This document shows positions 14,420-26,100 of a stretch of 64,000 bases of DNA, in pieces; the stretch's first letter is position 1, and the number at the start of each line of letters is the position of its first letter. The notes under the pieces were generated by a model that had not been told where the DNA came from, did not search any database, and saw nothing but the letters and a program-made list of their open reading frames with translations. The position numbers and the translations under genes were made by a program. Origin of the DNA: Chrysomallon squamiferum (Eukaryota; Animalia; Mollusca); assembly GCA_012295275.1 (NCBI GenBank), contig CM022670.1, positions 28,272,001 to 28,336,000 of the forward strand, in the 5' to 3' direction.

Positions 14420-14583
14420 GGAAGAAAATGTTTTATTTAATGATGCACTGCAGACATTTTCATTCTATGGATATAAACTTTCATATGGTTAAAAACCTCA
14501 CTGATAATGAGAGAGGAAACAAGTTAAACTCTAGACTTAGCTATTAATGTGAATGAAGAAGAAATGTTTTATTTAATGAAGTA

Positions 14584-14614
<31 letters not shown>

Positions 14615-15040
14615 TTTTTAATTTATAGTTTCAATGAAAGAAGAAACCAACTTGTGCCACACAATGAACTTCTTTGGTTATTTATTAGTAGTAAGATTAT
14701 TTTATTTAATTATTAACTCAAAACATAATCTGTGGTGATATGGCTTTAGATATATGTGGTTAAAGAGTATACCAGTATCAAGAGAAGAAATTCACTGGAA
14801 GAAGACTGGAAGTTATTTTTAAATCAGATATTCTGTTTTTTGTTTTTGATTTTTTATATTTGCAGCAAATGATCTTTTATTCAGCAATGCACCTGGAACA
14901 TTTTTAATCTACAATTAACTGACATCATACACATGGTTAGGAAATAGTGAATACTCTTTTTTTAATTAGCAGCACAGTGAATACTCTTTTTTTTTATTAG
15001 CAGCAAATAATGTTATATATTCACCTTTCCATAAATAGGG
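14420..15040 (-). mobile_element. Cluster of several decayed SINE fragments of the same family
   Basis: AAATGTTTTATTTAATGA at about 14426 and 14562, ATGGTTA followed by GAGAGAGGAAAC/GAAGAAAC/GAGAAGAAAT motifs, TTAGCAGCAAA..ATCTTTTAT-type motifs at about 14862 and 14997, and an internal 30-bp tandem duplication at 14945-15005. Confidence 0.65.
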
Positions 15041-15134
15041 AAAGATGGAATCTTTCTGTTTGGTGTTAATGAAGCCACGAATTGTTACTTGTTGTGTTTA
15101 ATTATGTGTGTTCTAAAAAAAATGTATAGGTGAA

Positions 15135-15172
15135 CACCTGTACTAATCAATGTTTTGTCAGTACAGGTGAGT
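15135..15172 (+). other. 10-bp perfect inverted repeat overlapping a branchpoint-like motif and CAG|GTGAGT
   Basis: CACCTGTACT (15135-15144) pairs with AGTACAGGTG (15160-15169); TACTAAT at 15141-15147; GTGAGT at 15167-15172. Confidence 0.45.
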
Positions 15173-15438
15173 GTAAATAATGTTCTGTTTGTTAATTAAG
15201 GCATCACAGCATGTTCATTAATGCTGGAATGTTGTACTCTTGTTTATTATAGAAAAACAACAAAAAAAACCATAAACTTTTCAAATCAAGGAAGTATTTT
15301 CACACAAGACATAGGATATAAAGTATCGTTTATTGAAGAACACTACAGTTGTGTAGAGTTTTGTTACTTGGTGTGCTTGCATGTTTTTTCAAAAGGAAAT
15401 TGTGCATGCACATGAAATACACTTGACAAATTCCAAAT

Positions 15439-15540
15439 AGTGGCTTGTTTATTATGGTATGGGAATACTTCTTTCTTTTCTCTATCCATTTCTCTGTGTT
15501 CATATGTATATGTGTGTGTTGATTAGATTAGAGAGAGAGA
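15439..15540. repeat. Dispersed ~100-bp duplication, copy 1
   Basis: Matches 21826-21927 with about 7 substitutions and no indels; both copies end in (GA)n. Confidence 0.95.
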
Positions 15541-15631
15541 GGGAGAGAGAGACAGAGACAGAGAGAGAGACAGAGAAAGACAAATGAAAAACATCTGTCT
15601 GTCTTTGTATATGTATATGTATATGCATGTT

Positions 15632-15635
<4 letters not shown>

Positions 15636-15688
<53 letters not shown>
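15636..15688. repeat. (TG)n microsatellite
   Basis: Pure dinucleotide run. Confidence 0.98.
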
Positions 15689-15689
<1 letters not shown>

Positions 15690-17489
15690 GGTGGGTGGGT
15701 TTGTGTATGTATAGACAGATAGATAGAGAGATGTATACCAGTTCATGGTAGAAGTGCTTCACAATAACAGTTAACTGGCTTATTGTAATGTGTAGTCTTG
15801 TCAACACTCATTGTATTTATCCCATATAATTACATTGCAGTTAGATAACATGTTGTGAAGCAGTATCTACAGCAGCACACTCCTGTGTTATAACAGTGTT
15901 ATATCACCAGCACCACATTCCCTCCAGGCCTGGCGAGCCTGGTGTAATGTCTAATTATTGTTATCAAAGCAAACTCACTTATCACTTGTCATACACTTCC
16001 TTAACACTGTAATGAGCAGATGCCCCTACAGCATATCTGTGTATATATGACTTGTATTAAGCCAGGTGCACTGGTATTTCTACCACATTTTTAAATGATT
16101 ATTTACCTTGAATGATTCTGCCACATTAGTTACCTCCAACTACTCACACAGACATTGTAGAAAATGTAGATTACTTTGTTGTCTTTTTGTGTTTTTTTTA
16201 AAGAAATTATTAATAAGTGTTTTGTTACTGGTTTTTTGTGTTTTTGTTTTTTTAACAGAAATTAATAATGTGAATGTCTGTGTTTCTTGTTTTGTTCTTT
16301 TTCAAAAAAAATTATGAATCTGTTGATATGTCTGTAGTTTCTCATGAATCTGGCACATAATTAAGTATGAAGTTTTTGTTATTATTAACTAAGAAATTAT
16401 AGTTTTCTCTATGTTGGTGTTCCAAAGCTGTTGTGTCAGAGCCAGTTTATCTACTTGTCTGTAAAGGAATCAGAGTTAAAATTAACTGATATATTTGATA
16501 TGGAAACTGTAAATTAATTATATAATAATCATAATCATAACAACAGCAGAAACCTCCACAGCAACAATGATAATAATCACAGTAATAACAGTAACTCACA
16601 ATAACAACAGTGACAGTAATGACAATAAATAATAATAACTTGATTTTCAAAAATTGTCAAAATACTCAATACCTAAGCTTTATTTAGAGAAAACACAATA
16701 TGTCTTTAAAAAGTTTTAAAAATAAAATAAAATTTAGAAACCAGGAAGAAGAAAAAAATCCTTAATGCATATTGCACATTCATTTTTCTTTTTAACCTAT
16801 TATGTATAGCTTTATAAAAATACAATGGATTATTTTTTTTGTTTTTTTTAACTCTACTCTATAATGACTTCTACAAAGCCTTCTTTTTGTCTTGGACATT
16901 TGGAGTTTTTATTTAAAACAGGGCTGGCTGAGGAAACAGCACTGTCAAATACATCATGCTTGTAACACACATGGGATTGAAGTTATGGGGAAAACTAATT
17001 AATCTGCTATCCCCATATGCATACTTACCATGCATCCCTTCCTTCAACATGCACACTTCATAGTTTGACAGTGTTGTGACAATTGCCATTCTTCATGCAT
17101 CTGTGCAATGGATGAAGTCTCTAAGTCTCACATTTCATCCTGCAGCAGTCTTCAGTCATTTTTTGCCATAAGTAAATGAATATTTAACGATACTTAAGTG
17201 TTTTTTAATATTAACTGTTTTTAAGTATCAGATGTAGATTTTATGAAACCTGCTGCTGTCATTCTGTAGGTTATTTATATATGTTTATCAGTTACCAATA
17301 AGCAGTCAGTTTTATTCACAGGAAGTAACATATCATTGGATGACAATGAGCACTGACTGGCATGGGAAATAACACAATTAGTTAGAAGGGATCTTTTATA
17401 CCTATCTTCACATGAACAGGAAACACATACTAGTGTTTCTGATATGGGAAATGGTTCAATATTCTTGTATATCAGATACAGTGGTGACA

Positions 17490-17612
17490 CTATTATTATT
17501 ATTATTAATATTATTTCTGTTGTTGTTGTTTCTTGTTATTATTGCTATTATTCTATTGTTATTGTTGTTGCTGTTATTGCTATTGTTATTATTGTTATTG
17601 TTATTATTATTA
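17490..17612. repeat. Compound (TAT/TGT)n low-complexity tract
   Basis: Source of the poly-Leu and poly-Ile ORFs 17412..17669 and 17444..17824. Confidence 0.9.
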
Positions 17613-18696
17613 TACAACTCAGCAAAAATAACAAAACTATTCTACATTTCTTTTTTCCTTTTCCTTTGAACTTCTCCTGTAGAGAGGAAATAACAGTTTG
17701 TTTTCTCATACTGAATTCCTTTCATCCCTCCCCTTTTCCCTACCCTCATAACAAGTTAAAAAAAACAACAAATGTTATAATGATATGTGGGAAAATGAGT
17801 ATCTGTGATTTGTCTGTAAGCTGAAGCAACATGCTGTGATCTGGGAAAGATATGTTCTGCAGGCTGAACAAATATTATTTCTGTCATTTTTCTTTGCAAT
17901 GATTTTGAAATATTCTCTTCTCACTGGTGTAGATGTCAGGATCCAGTAACACTACAAAATGTCAGACTAACTGTCAATGAAAATAACATGAAACCAATGC
18001 AGCTTAATTTTAATCTACATTGTTGGAACTTGTTGAAGAAAAATAAAATTTGGTTGTCTCTGATAAAAAAATAGAAAAGGAAAATTAAATAATTAAAAAA
18101 GAAAGATCGTAACAAAGAATATAGAAAAATGACTAAAGAACAAGAGAAAGTCAAAATGCTCATTTTATTTAAACCTGTGAAATTTAATTTTTTATTCTGA
18201 GATTTTTTTTTTTTTTAATTATGCAAAATTAATACATTCCATAACAGATCCCCCACCCCACAAAGAAAGAGATTTTTAAAAGATTTACACTCACAGAAAT
18301 CATAATTATATTCACATCTTCTGTGAAAATGAACCCAGTATAAAACAGGAAAAATGTAAATAAATATATCACTATTAATAAAAGAGAACTGAGTTATTCA
18401 ATATTAATATATACACAGAATGTGGATCATTCAGAGGTCTCAGATGTATTGTGCTGTATGATTTTCACTAAAACATATGCCCAGTTAATTTACTTAATAA
18501 TAATAAATATTCTCTATAAACAAGCTATAGATTTTAAATTATTAATAAACTGTCCATTGTTGTGGTTTTTTGTAGGAATTTTTATTTATTTATTTATATT
18601 TTTTACTTATTTATATCAGATTCTAGCTAATTAAATTAAGCTGCAGTATTGAATGTGTGTATGTTATCAATTTAGTTTTCAATTGTCTAATATAGT

Positions 18697-18960
18697 AATT
18701 CTGTACCTTTTCAATTTCAAAATAATTAAAGTAAGGTACAGTTTTAATTAATAGTAAATTGTCCAATTTTTTTACATTAGTTGTTTATATTAATTCTATA
18801 CCTTTTCAGTTTCAAAACAATTAAAGTAAGGGACAGTTTTAATTAATAGTCAGTTATCCATCGTTTTTTCATTAGTAATTTATATTTGTTCTATATCTTT
18901 TCTGTTTTGAACTAGTTAGTCTAAGGTATTGTTTTAATTACTTATATAAATTGTCCACTG
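18697..18960. repeat. 95-bp tandem repeat, about 2.8 copies
   Basis: CT(G/A)TA(C/T)CTTTTC at 18701, 18796 and 18891, each followed by a TAAGG...GTTTTAATTA motif. Confidence 0.92.
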
Positions 18961-20169
18961 TTTTTTCTTTTGTTATATGTATTAATTTTGATTTAAAACT
19001 AAATTAAAATAGATATTTGTTGATTTTCCATTATGTCACTGAATTTTATCAAGTTTTCTTTAGTGTATTTTTAAAAATAATAATTATATATTTGTACATG
19101 TAATGTGAGAAGACTAAATTATTTTTGAAACTTTGTAACAGCAATAATTATAGTACAAATTGTTGTCAACAGAACCATCATCATCATAATTTTCCATTAG
19201 AAATCTAATTACTTCATGTAAAATAATATTAAATTAATATTCATTTGAAAACAGCTTTTCTTTCACAGAATTGGTTGATTAGATTCAGAAATCACATTCA
19301 GATGTATAGGTTCAAAAACTAATGTACAAGTGTAAGTGTAATTTTCAACACATCTTCACCCTCAGTCTGTTCAAATATGTCTGTCCTCTACAGAGTCTCT
19401 GATTTCCCCTGAGATCTGAGAGCTACAAGAAAAAAGAACTGAAGTTTATTAACATACATAATTCCTGGTAACTGACTCTGGTTTGGTTCTGGACAAGGAT
19501 GTATGTGTACTAACTGTCAGACTTAATTAAGTCCAGTTACACCATGGCTACTGATTCAGTTAAACATGAAACTATTCTCTGTTTCAAGCTTGCTTAGAAA
19601 GGAATGCAGTTTTGAAGTTAAGGTTATGATAGGTTAAGACATGAACATCTGACTTGTATAATGGTTAAATGAGAAAAAAAGAAAGAAAGAAAAAACGTCT
19701 GGCAGCCTGATCTTATTGCTTTGGTCAAAGTTAGTAAATAAAAAATTGTTAGAAAAAGCATGGACTTAAAAAGTTAAAGTGTGATAGATAAGGAATAGAA
19801 AATGTCCTTAGAGTCTGGATTTACTGCTTTGAGATAGATTAATGAATAAATGAATACTTAAGTCTTAAGTAAGGATAAATAAGATCCTTACAGTCCTGAC
19901 TGACTGAGTTAATTAAATGAATGATGATAAATTTTGTTTACCGACATCTCCGTGTATTGTTATTTTAACTACAACTAAGTACAAAATAATATTTGGTAAT
20001 AATAAAATATGAAGGTGACCAACTGTTAAATTACATGGTTACTAATTAACAGCAATGGATATTTTAATATTTTATAATGAACAAGTATGTTACCTATCTT
20101 AGTTGTGCCCACAACATGAATGCTTTAAAATTATTAATGGCAATATATTAACAAACTGTTTAACTGTAT

Positions 20170-20390
20170 ACCCAACATAAAACCTGTCTTGGAAGAGCTC
20201 TCTGACAGTCCAAAGTTGTAACCATAATAAGCATGCAGAAAATTACTAGCACTGGCATGTATACCATTATCTTAGTATTTTAAAAGTTAAAGGAAAAAGG
20301 TTTACAAGTATCCTATCCAGAGGCCAAGAACAGGATGTAATCTTAGTACCTGCTGGCTTTGAATCCAGTGGTTTAACTTCTATGTCAGTT
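20170..20390 (-). mobile_element. Decayed second tRNA-headed SINE
   Basis: Minus strand begins TGACATAGAAGTTAAACCACTGGATTCAAAGCCAGCAGGTACTAAGATTACATCCTG, with tRNA-like spacing of degenerate A and B boxes. Body similarity to a mollusc SINE is from memory. Confidence 0.4.
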
Positions 20391-21237
20391 ATATTGGTGT
20401 GTCCACTGTGCCAGAGTGTGTCTGTTGTTCCAGACAGATTAAGGGAATTACTGTCCTCATGTTGGTCTGTTACATTTCAGACTGAGGTAATTAGCTGGAT
20501 TAACATGTTAGAATCGCAGTACTTGTTAAGCAGGAAAAACACAGGACACTTCTTACTGTTGTACAAACAGAAACCCTGTGATTGCAATCCTTTACAAACA
20601 TGTGTGTGTCTCAGACAACTGAGAGAAGAACTGGGTTATTTCCTGGTGTTGTGTTCAGATTGTCATTTTCTTCTGTCACCTCTCTCTGTGTGTCTTCCTC
20701 ATATCAAAACAGCTCTCTGTGGGTTTTGTCAGTGAGCTTAAGTATCAGTATTGAGTTTATTTATTCTGCTTGATTTTATCAGTGATATTTTAATGTTGAC
20801 CCCTTTATATAAACTATACTTACAGTTATCATTTATATCAGGGATCTGTACAATTACAGGTTATGTGTTTGAGTTAGTGTTAAAATTTGAAGACAAAGGT
20901 CTTGTTTAAGATAGTTATGCATGAACTGTTCAACTAAATATTAATGCTTATGTCAAGGCTTAGAAGCAGTGTGGTCTAAAAAATAGAAAATTGTTTTTGA
21001 GTTAAATGTCATTGATGTTATTAAAACATAAAGAAAATTAAAAAAATATTACAGAGCTATTCATGGGTAAAGTTAATGTATTATATTTTCTGGGATTATT
21101 ATTATTATTGTATAACTCAAATCCATTTCTCATTTTTAAAGACTGGGTTAGATCACTCAGGTTTTCAGTTTTTCATATAATCCAAATATCTAAAAACATG
21201 AAACCTGCTGCTGAACCTCTGTGTAACATGACAATTT

Positions 21238-21345
21238 CAATTAGCAGAAAGGGATCTTTTATAAGCACCATCTCATATTCAGTAAAGCACACACTACAGG
21301 CTTTGGTTAAACCAGTCAATGAAGAACCAAATATGGACAGAAGAG
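21238..21345 (-). mobile_element. Decayed SINE central-domain fragment
   Basis: TTAGCAGAAAGGGATCTTTTATAAGCACCATCTCA...CTTTGGTTAAACCAGTC; the same GATCTTT(T) core occurs at about 17385, 21950 and 34480. Confidence 0.65.
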
Positions 21346-21825
21346 TTGAGACACTAACATCTTGTTGCAGATTGCTAATTCAAATGATTTATTTCCTGTG
21401 TTAGTCAGGCAGTAAGAACGAGTCTGATCAGTGAACATGTAATTGGTCAGTGTCTATGACAAGACATCAATCAATCTGAACAGAATTTTTCATTGCACAC
21501 TGTTAATTAGCATGAGAGATATTTCTACAATGCTATAACAGGTTAACTTAATTTTATGGGTTTGTGATTGTGACATGATGCTTGGTAACATCACCTACAA
21601 CTAGGTCTGTGTCTGGAAAATAACAAATATCCTTGAAGAGGACTTTTATGTCTTGTAAAGTAAATTATTAATTAATATGAATCTACTTTTACAGTCCCAT
21701 ACAGAATATTGGATAGAAAGAATAGATTTAAGCATTAAATCAAGAAATAAATTAATATTAATTTAATAAAACCTGACATTTTGTACTTAAAGGATTGTTT
21801 TGGTCAAATATTTTAATTTTTTAAC

Positions 21826-21927
21826 AGTGGCTTGTTTATTATGGTATGGGAGTACTTCTTTCTTTTTTCTATCTTTTTCTCTGTGTTTATATGTATATGT
21901 GTGTGTTGATTAGCTGAGAGAGAGAGA
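21826..21927. repeat. Dispersed ~100-bp duplication, copy 2
   Basis: Matches 15439-15540, offset 6387 bp. Confidence 0.95.
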
Positions 21928-22217
21928 GAATATAAACACGATACCATTAAGGGATCTTTCACATACATCTAGCTCATATTTTACTATTATTTGTTATTAG
22001 TAATGAAAAGAAGAGGAAATCCTACTGGATTACTGTAATTAATAAACAGTTATTTTACATAGAAAAACTCCAAGCAAAGGTGATAATGATCAAAATGTGG
22101 ATACTCGCTGGAATGGGAAATAGCCAAATGGATTGTATTTATCTGTGAGTCCTATTAAAGATATGAGTATTTTCTGAGTTTTGATGGGTTTTTAAAATGT
22201 ATTCATTATTTTAAACA

Positions 22218-22248
<31 letters not shown>

Positions 22249-23107
22249 TGTCAGAAATCATTGATTGATCAGTTTAATGTCCTTAAATCATCTTGAGATT
22301 CAAGCACATCTTGTAAGGGTTACAGGAAAGGGCCTGAATGTTTTGTCCAATGAAGTTATTATATTAGTGTTTTACAGGATTACAAAAAGTAAACAAAGCA
22401 GTTATCGCTTGTACATTACAATATTTTTACACCTACATCTTGAATACTATACCACTGATGATGTTTTCCTTGCTGCTAAGATTTATTGTAAGATGTATTG
22501 GTTTCAAGGTAGACACATTCACACTTAATTGGTCTTGAACATTTATCTTCACTAGCTGAGGTGGAGTTTGTTTTTCTAACAAAGACTGCAATCAGACAGA
22601 TTTACACAATGTCAGTCTGGGGTATCTTAACAGTTTGACTTTTCATAATACTTGCTTGCAGAATAATTGGAAGTTCATTTTGCTGGAAGTTTTCTGAAAT
22701 GGATGGTGTGTAGCTTTATTTGCAATTTGTTTCTTATCAGTAACAGACATTATTTTGATAGCTGGGGATGTTATGTTAATGCAAACTGTTTTGAAGAAAA
22801 GATTACATCTGGAGAATAAAGCTTTAACTGGAATCATAGTAAGTTCGGATTTTATATGTATATAATTTTGTATATGAATTTATGTGTGTCATTATGTTAG
22901 TAAGAAAATATAAAGGGCAATCTTGATAATTCTCATTTTGTATCATTAGATATATTGGTGGTGCATTTTATTTAGTGATAAATAAACCAACCATTTCCTT
23001 GGAATCTGTGTTTTGCAATGTTGTAATGCTTTCTTGTTACTTTATTTGTCTAAATGGTTCCTGGTGATTTAATATTGAATTTTTGTCTAAAAGGTGATTT
23101 CAAGATT

Positions 23108-23110
<3 letters not shown>

Positions 23111-23143
<33 letters not shown>
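23111..23143. repeat. (AT)n microsatellite
   Basis: Pure run. Confidence 0.97.
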
Positions 23144-23145
<2 letters not shown>

Positions 23146-26100
23146 ATTTATTTTCCTCCATTTATGGTCTAAATTAGAAAATCTTGTATATAGTTAACCA
23201 ATTAGTTTTTAGTATTTAGGTAATTATGTTCTGGCAGGCTTGATGTAGTTGGTAATAGACAGATACCGACATACTGCAGAAATACAAGCCAGACAATTAC
23301 AGTTCAATGGTCAGTCATCAAGACCAAAAGGTTAAATAAAGTGTATTCTATAAAAAACTATAAAAAAAAACTTTTACTAATACAAAAAAAAAGTCTGGAT
23401 CATTTAGTGATGAACATGGATGTAAGATATTTCAGTGTCTGACTGGTGTAAACCAGTATTATTATTATTAGATCACAGTGGTTCTAAGCTCTTCAGTTGT
23501 TTCTGGTCAAAGAACCCCACAATCACCACAGTGTACAAAAAACTAAAACATTATGTGACTGACTTATTTTGGTTTTAATTATGTTTAAGTAACAATCTAC
23601 GATTGATAAGAATTCATGTCAGTGGTTATGCGCATTATATACAAATGTTTAATATGTTATGCATATTTATTGCATGTCTGTGCACATGTGTAATTTAAAT
23701 ACTGAAATTCATGTCTTTACAACATTTTAAAATGTTTCTTAAATGTTCATGCATATCCTTCAATAACATTCAATACTATAATCTAATCTAATTATTAGGT
23801 TTGTACTTTCTTTACAACTGCTTTTCTTTTCATCACAGTAAAAATAGCCAGCAATCATTTACCACACTTCCAAATACTTTTACTTGCATTTTTCTTTTTC
23901 TCTTTTCACTTTTTAAAACATTTTTCTTTTTTACTATATTTTTCATTATCTTAACAAAAGGAGCAAATGGTGTGAAATATTCACTGTTGTTTAATAATTG
24001 AGCTGCATTCCACTGCAGTACACTGCATTTAATAGCACAAACAAGAGGTGACAACACCATAGTTTCTCTCCACCTGTGGCCAACTCTTCAGTATTGTCAA
24101 ATTTTCAGATAAAGCCACACATCAGACAAATCTTTTTACAGTCAAAAAGATAAAAAGATCAGGGACGATTGTTGATCTTGGCATGTGGAGAAACATAGAA
24201 TTAAATAATTAGGATGTCATGATGCAGTTATCACCTTAGGTCCAAGGTTAGCTCCCCTACTGAGCTCTTGATGGAGAAAACTGTTCCTTTCTGAACCCCT
24301 AGTGGGGAGTCTTTTATTACTCTGGTGTGTGGCCATTGATATTATCAGGTGTCTGCAGTTAACTTGATGGCAGTCAGTTTTGTTCTTTTCAACAAGAAGA
24401 ACAAGTAAAAATAATTGCATCTAAAATATGCTTCTTTTTTTTCCTGTGTAGTTAGAAATAGCTTTAATTTTGCTAATAATAAATGTGTTTTTATTGGTTT
24501 TGTTAGTAAGATTTCATGTCATGGATCTATTACACAGGTAGGGTTTTAATAAATTTATTGTTAACTATTTCTTGAATTGAGAGGGTTTTATTTATTTATT
24601 TATTTATTACAGAGAAATAACATGCCAAAAATTTAAAAACAAAATTTAAAATGATGAAACTCTACAAAATTTGGAAACATGTTGAATTTGGATTCTAAAT
24701 TACTGGCTAATCTTATCAAGAGAATATTTTGTAGGTGTATAGAAATTTAATATTATTTTAAGTTACTTCAACCTGAATGATAAAACTGGTGGTTACCTAC
24801 ATTTTAATTAGTCATCCTAGTTCCAATTATTTTAAAAGCATGTACACTTTAAATGCAACTCATCTTCTTCCATGCACATACTCTTCTGATAAAAGCTTCT
24901 TTTAAAAAAGAATATATCCCTCTTCACTACCAATTGAGGATGACATGAGCACATACTTAGACAAGGGATACAAAAAGTGTACGCATTAAGCTGAGTTTGG
25001 GAAATGAATAGATTATTATTTGACTGTCAAGGCTTTGAAGAAGATTAATATTTAAGTTATTAATCCACTGCTTCCTGGTTTTTGTGTCTCTGTGTTAATG
25101 TAGCTGTACAGACAGAATTAGCAAGTGTCTGCCTGTCTGATCCTTGCTTGATCTTCATAACACAGTCTCAAAGAACTGAGACTCCATTATGAAACTTGTT
25201 GGTGGTCTTGATCACTTAACCAGGTCACAATTAGGTAAATACGATATAATAATAATGATGAAAAATAATAATGTGTTCTTAAATATATATCTGTGCATAC
25301 ACACACACACATACAGACACACATAAGAGGTATATCAAACTAATTTAATTATGTTGTATTTTAAAATAGTAATACTTTTTTTCTTTTTTTTTAAGCAATT
25401 ACAACAGTTGTATTTAATAAAAAAATAATAATAACATGTTTCATTTAATTATAATAACATATTTTTAATAAGATAGATATTTATATAGGAATTTCTCTTT
25501 ACAGTTTGAATTTGAATTAACACTCAGTATATTTGTTTATGTACTCTGGTATTAACATAAAATTTATATTAGTATCCTTTAGGAAAACCTAGAAATTATA
25601 TGTGGTTGAACAAAAATATTTTTAGTTCCTTTTGATTTTCAAATAAACCTTTTTCTTTAAAAAAAAAATTTTTATATGTTTTAATACTTGCTACAAACAC
25701 TAACTGGACATAAAGATGACCTTAGTTTTAAATTTTCATTGCATAGCAGATACTTATAAAATTTATGAGAGTAAATTATCTCAAAAAATTTATGAGAGAT
25801 ATGATTAACATTCATATTCATAATCTTTATTTAGCTTTATTAATATCAAGGTTTTTTTAAATTTTGGAAGTCATTTCTAAGAAGGAAATATTTTTTTGAT
25901 CAAACATTTTAAAAATAAGTTACTCATTTATTACTTATGGCAAATATAAATGATCTTTGAAGATGATCGAAAACTCAGATTTGTCTTGTGTTTAGAAAAG
26001 ATTTTTGTGTGGAAAATCAAGAAAAAGTTTTTTTGTGAGGAAAACTTAGAATCTTTGTTTCCACTTTTATAGTTCATTAACTGAACAAAGAGATTTTAGA

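Noticed and set aside
17021-17117. ATACTTACC as a U1 snRNA 5' end, or a 72-nt minus-strand exon (17029-17100)
   Set aside because: The downstream sequence does not follow U1. The putative exon has good splice sites but stops in all three frames; a non-coding exon cannot be excluded.
23476-23520. CAGTGGTTCT...GAACCCC resembling a hAT/Charlie MITE end
   Set aside because: No partner inverted terminus or 8-bp TSD found nearby.
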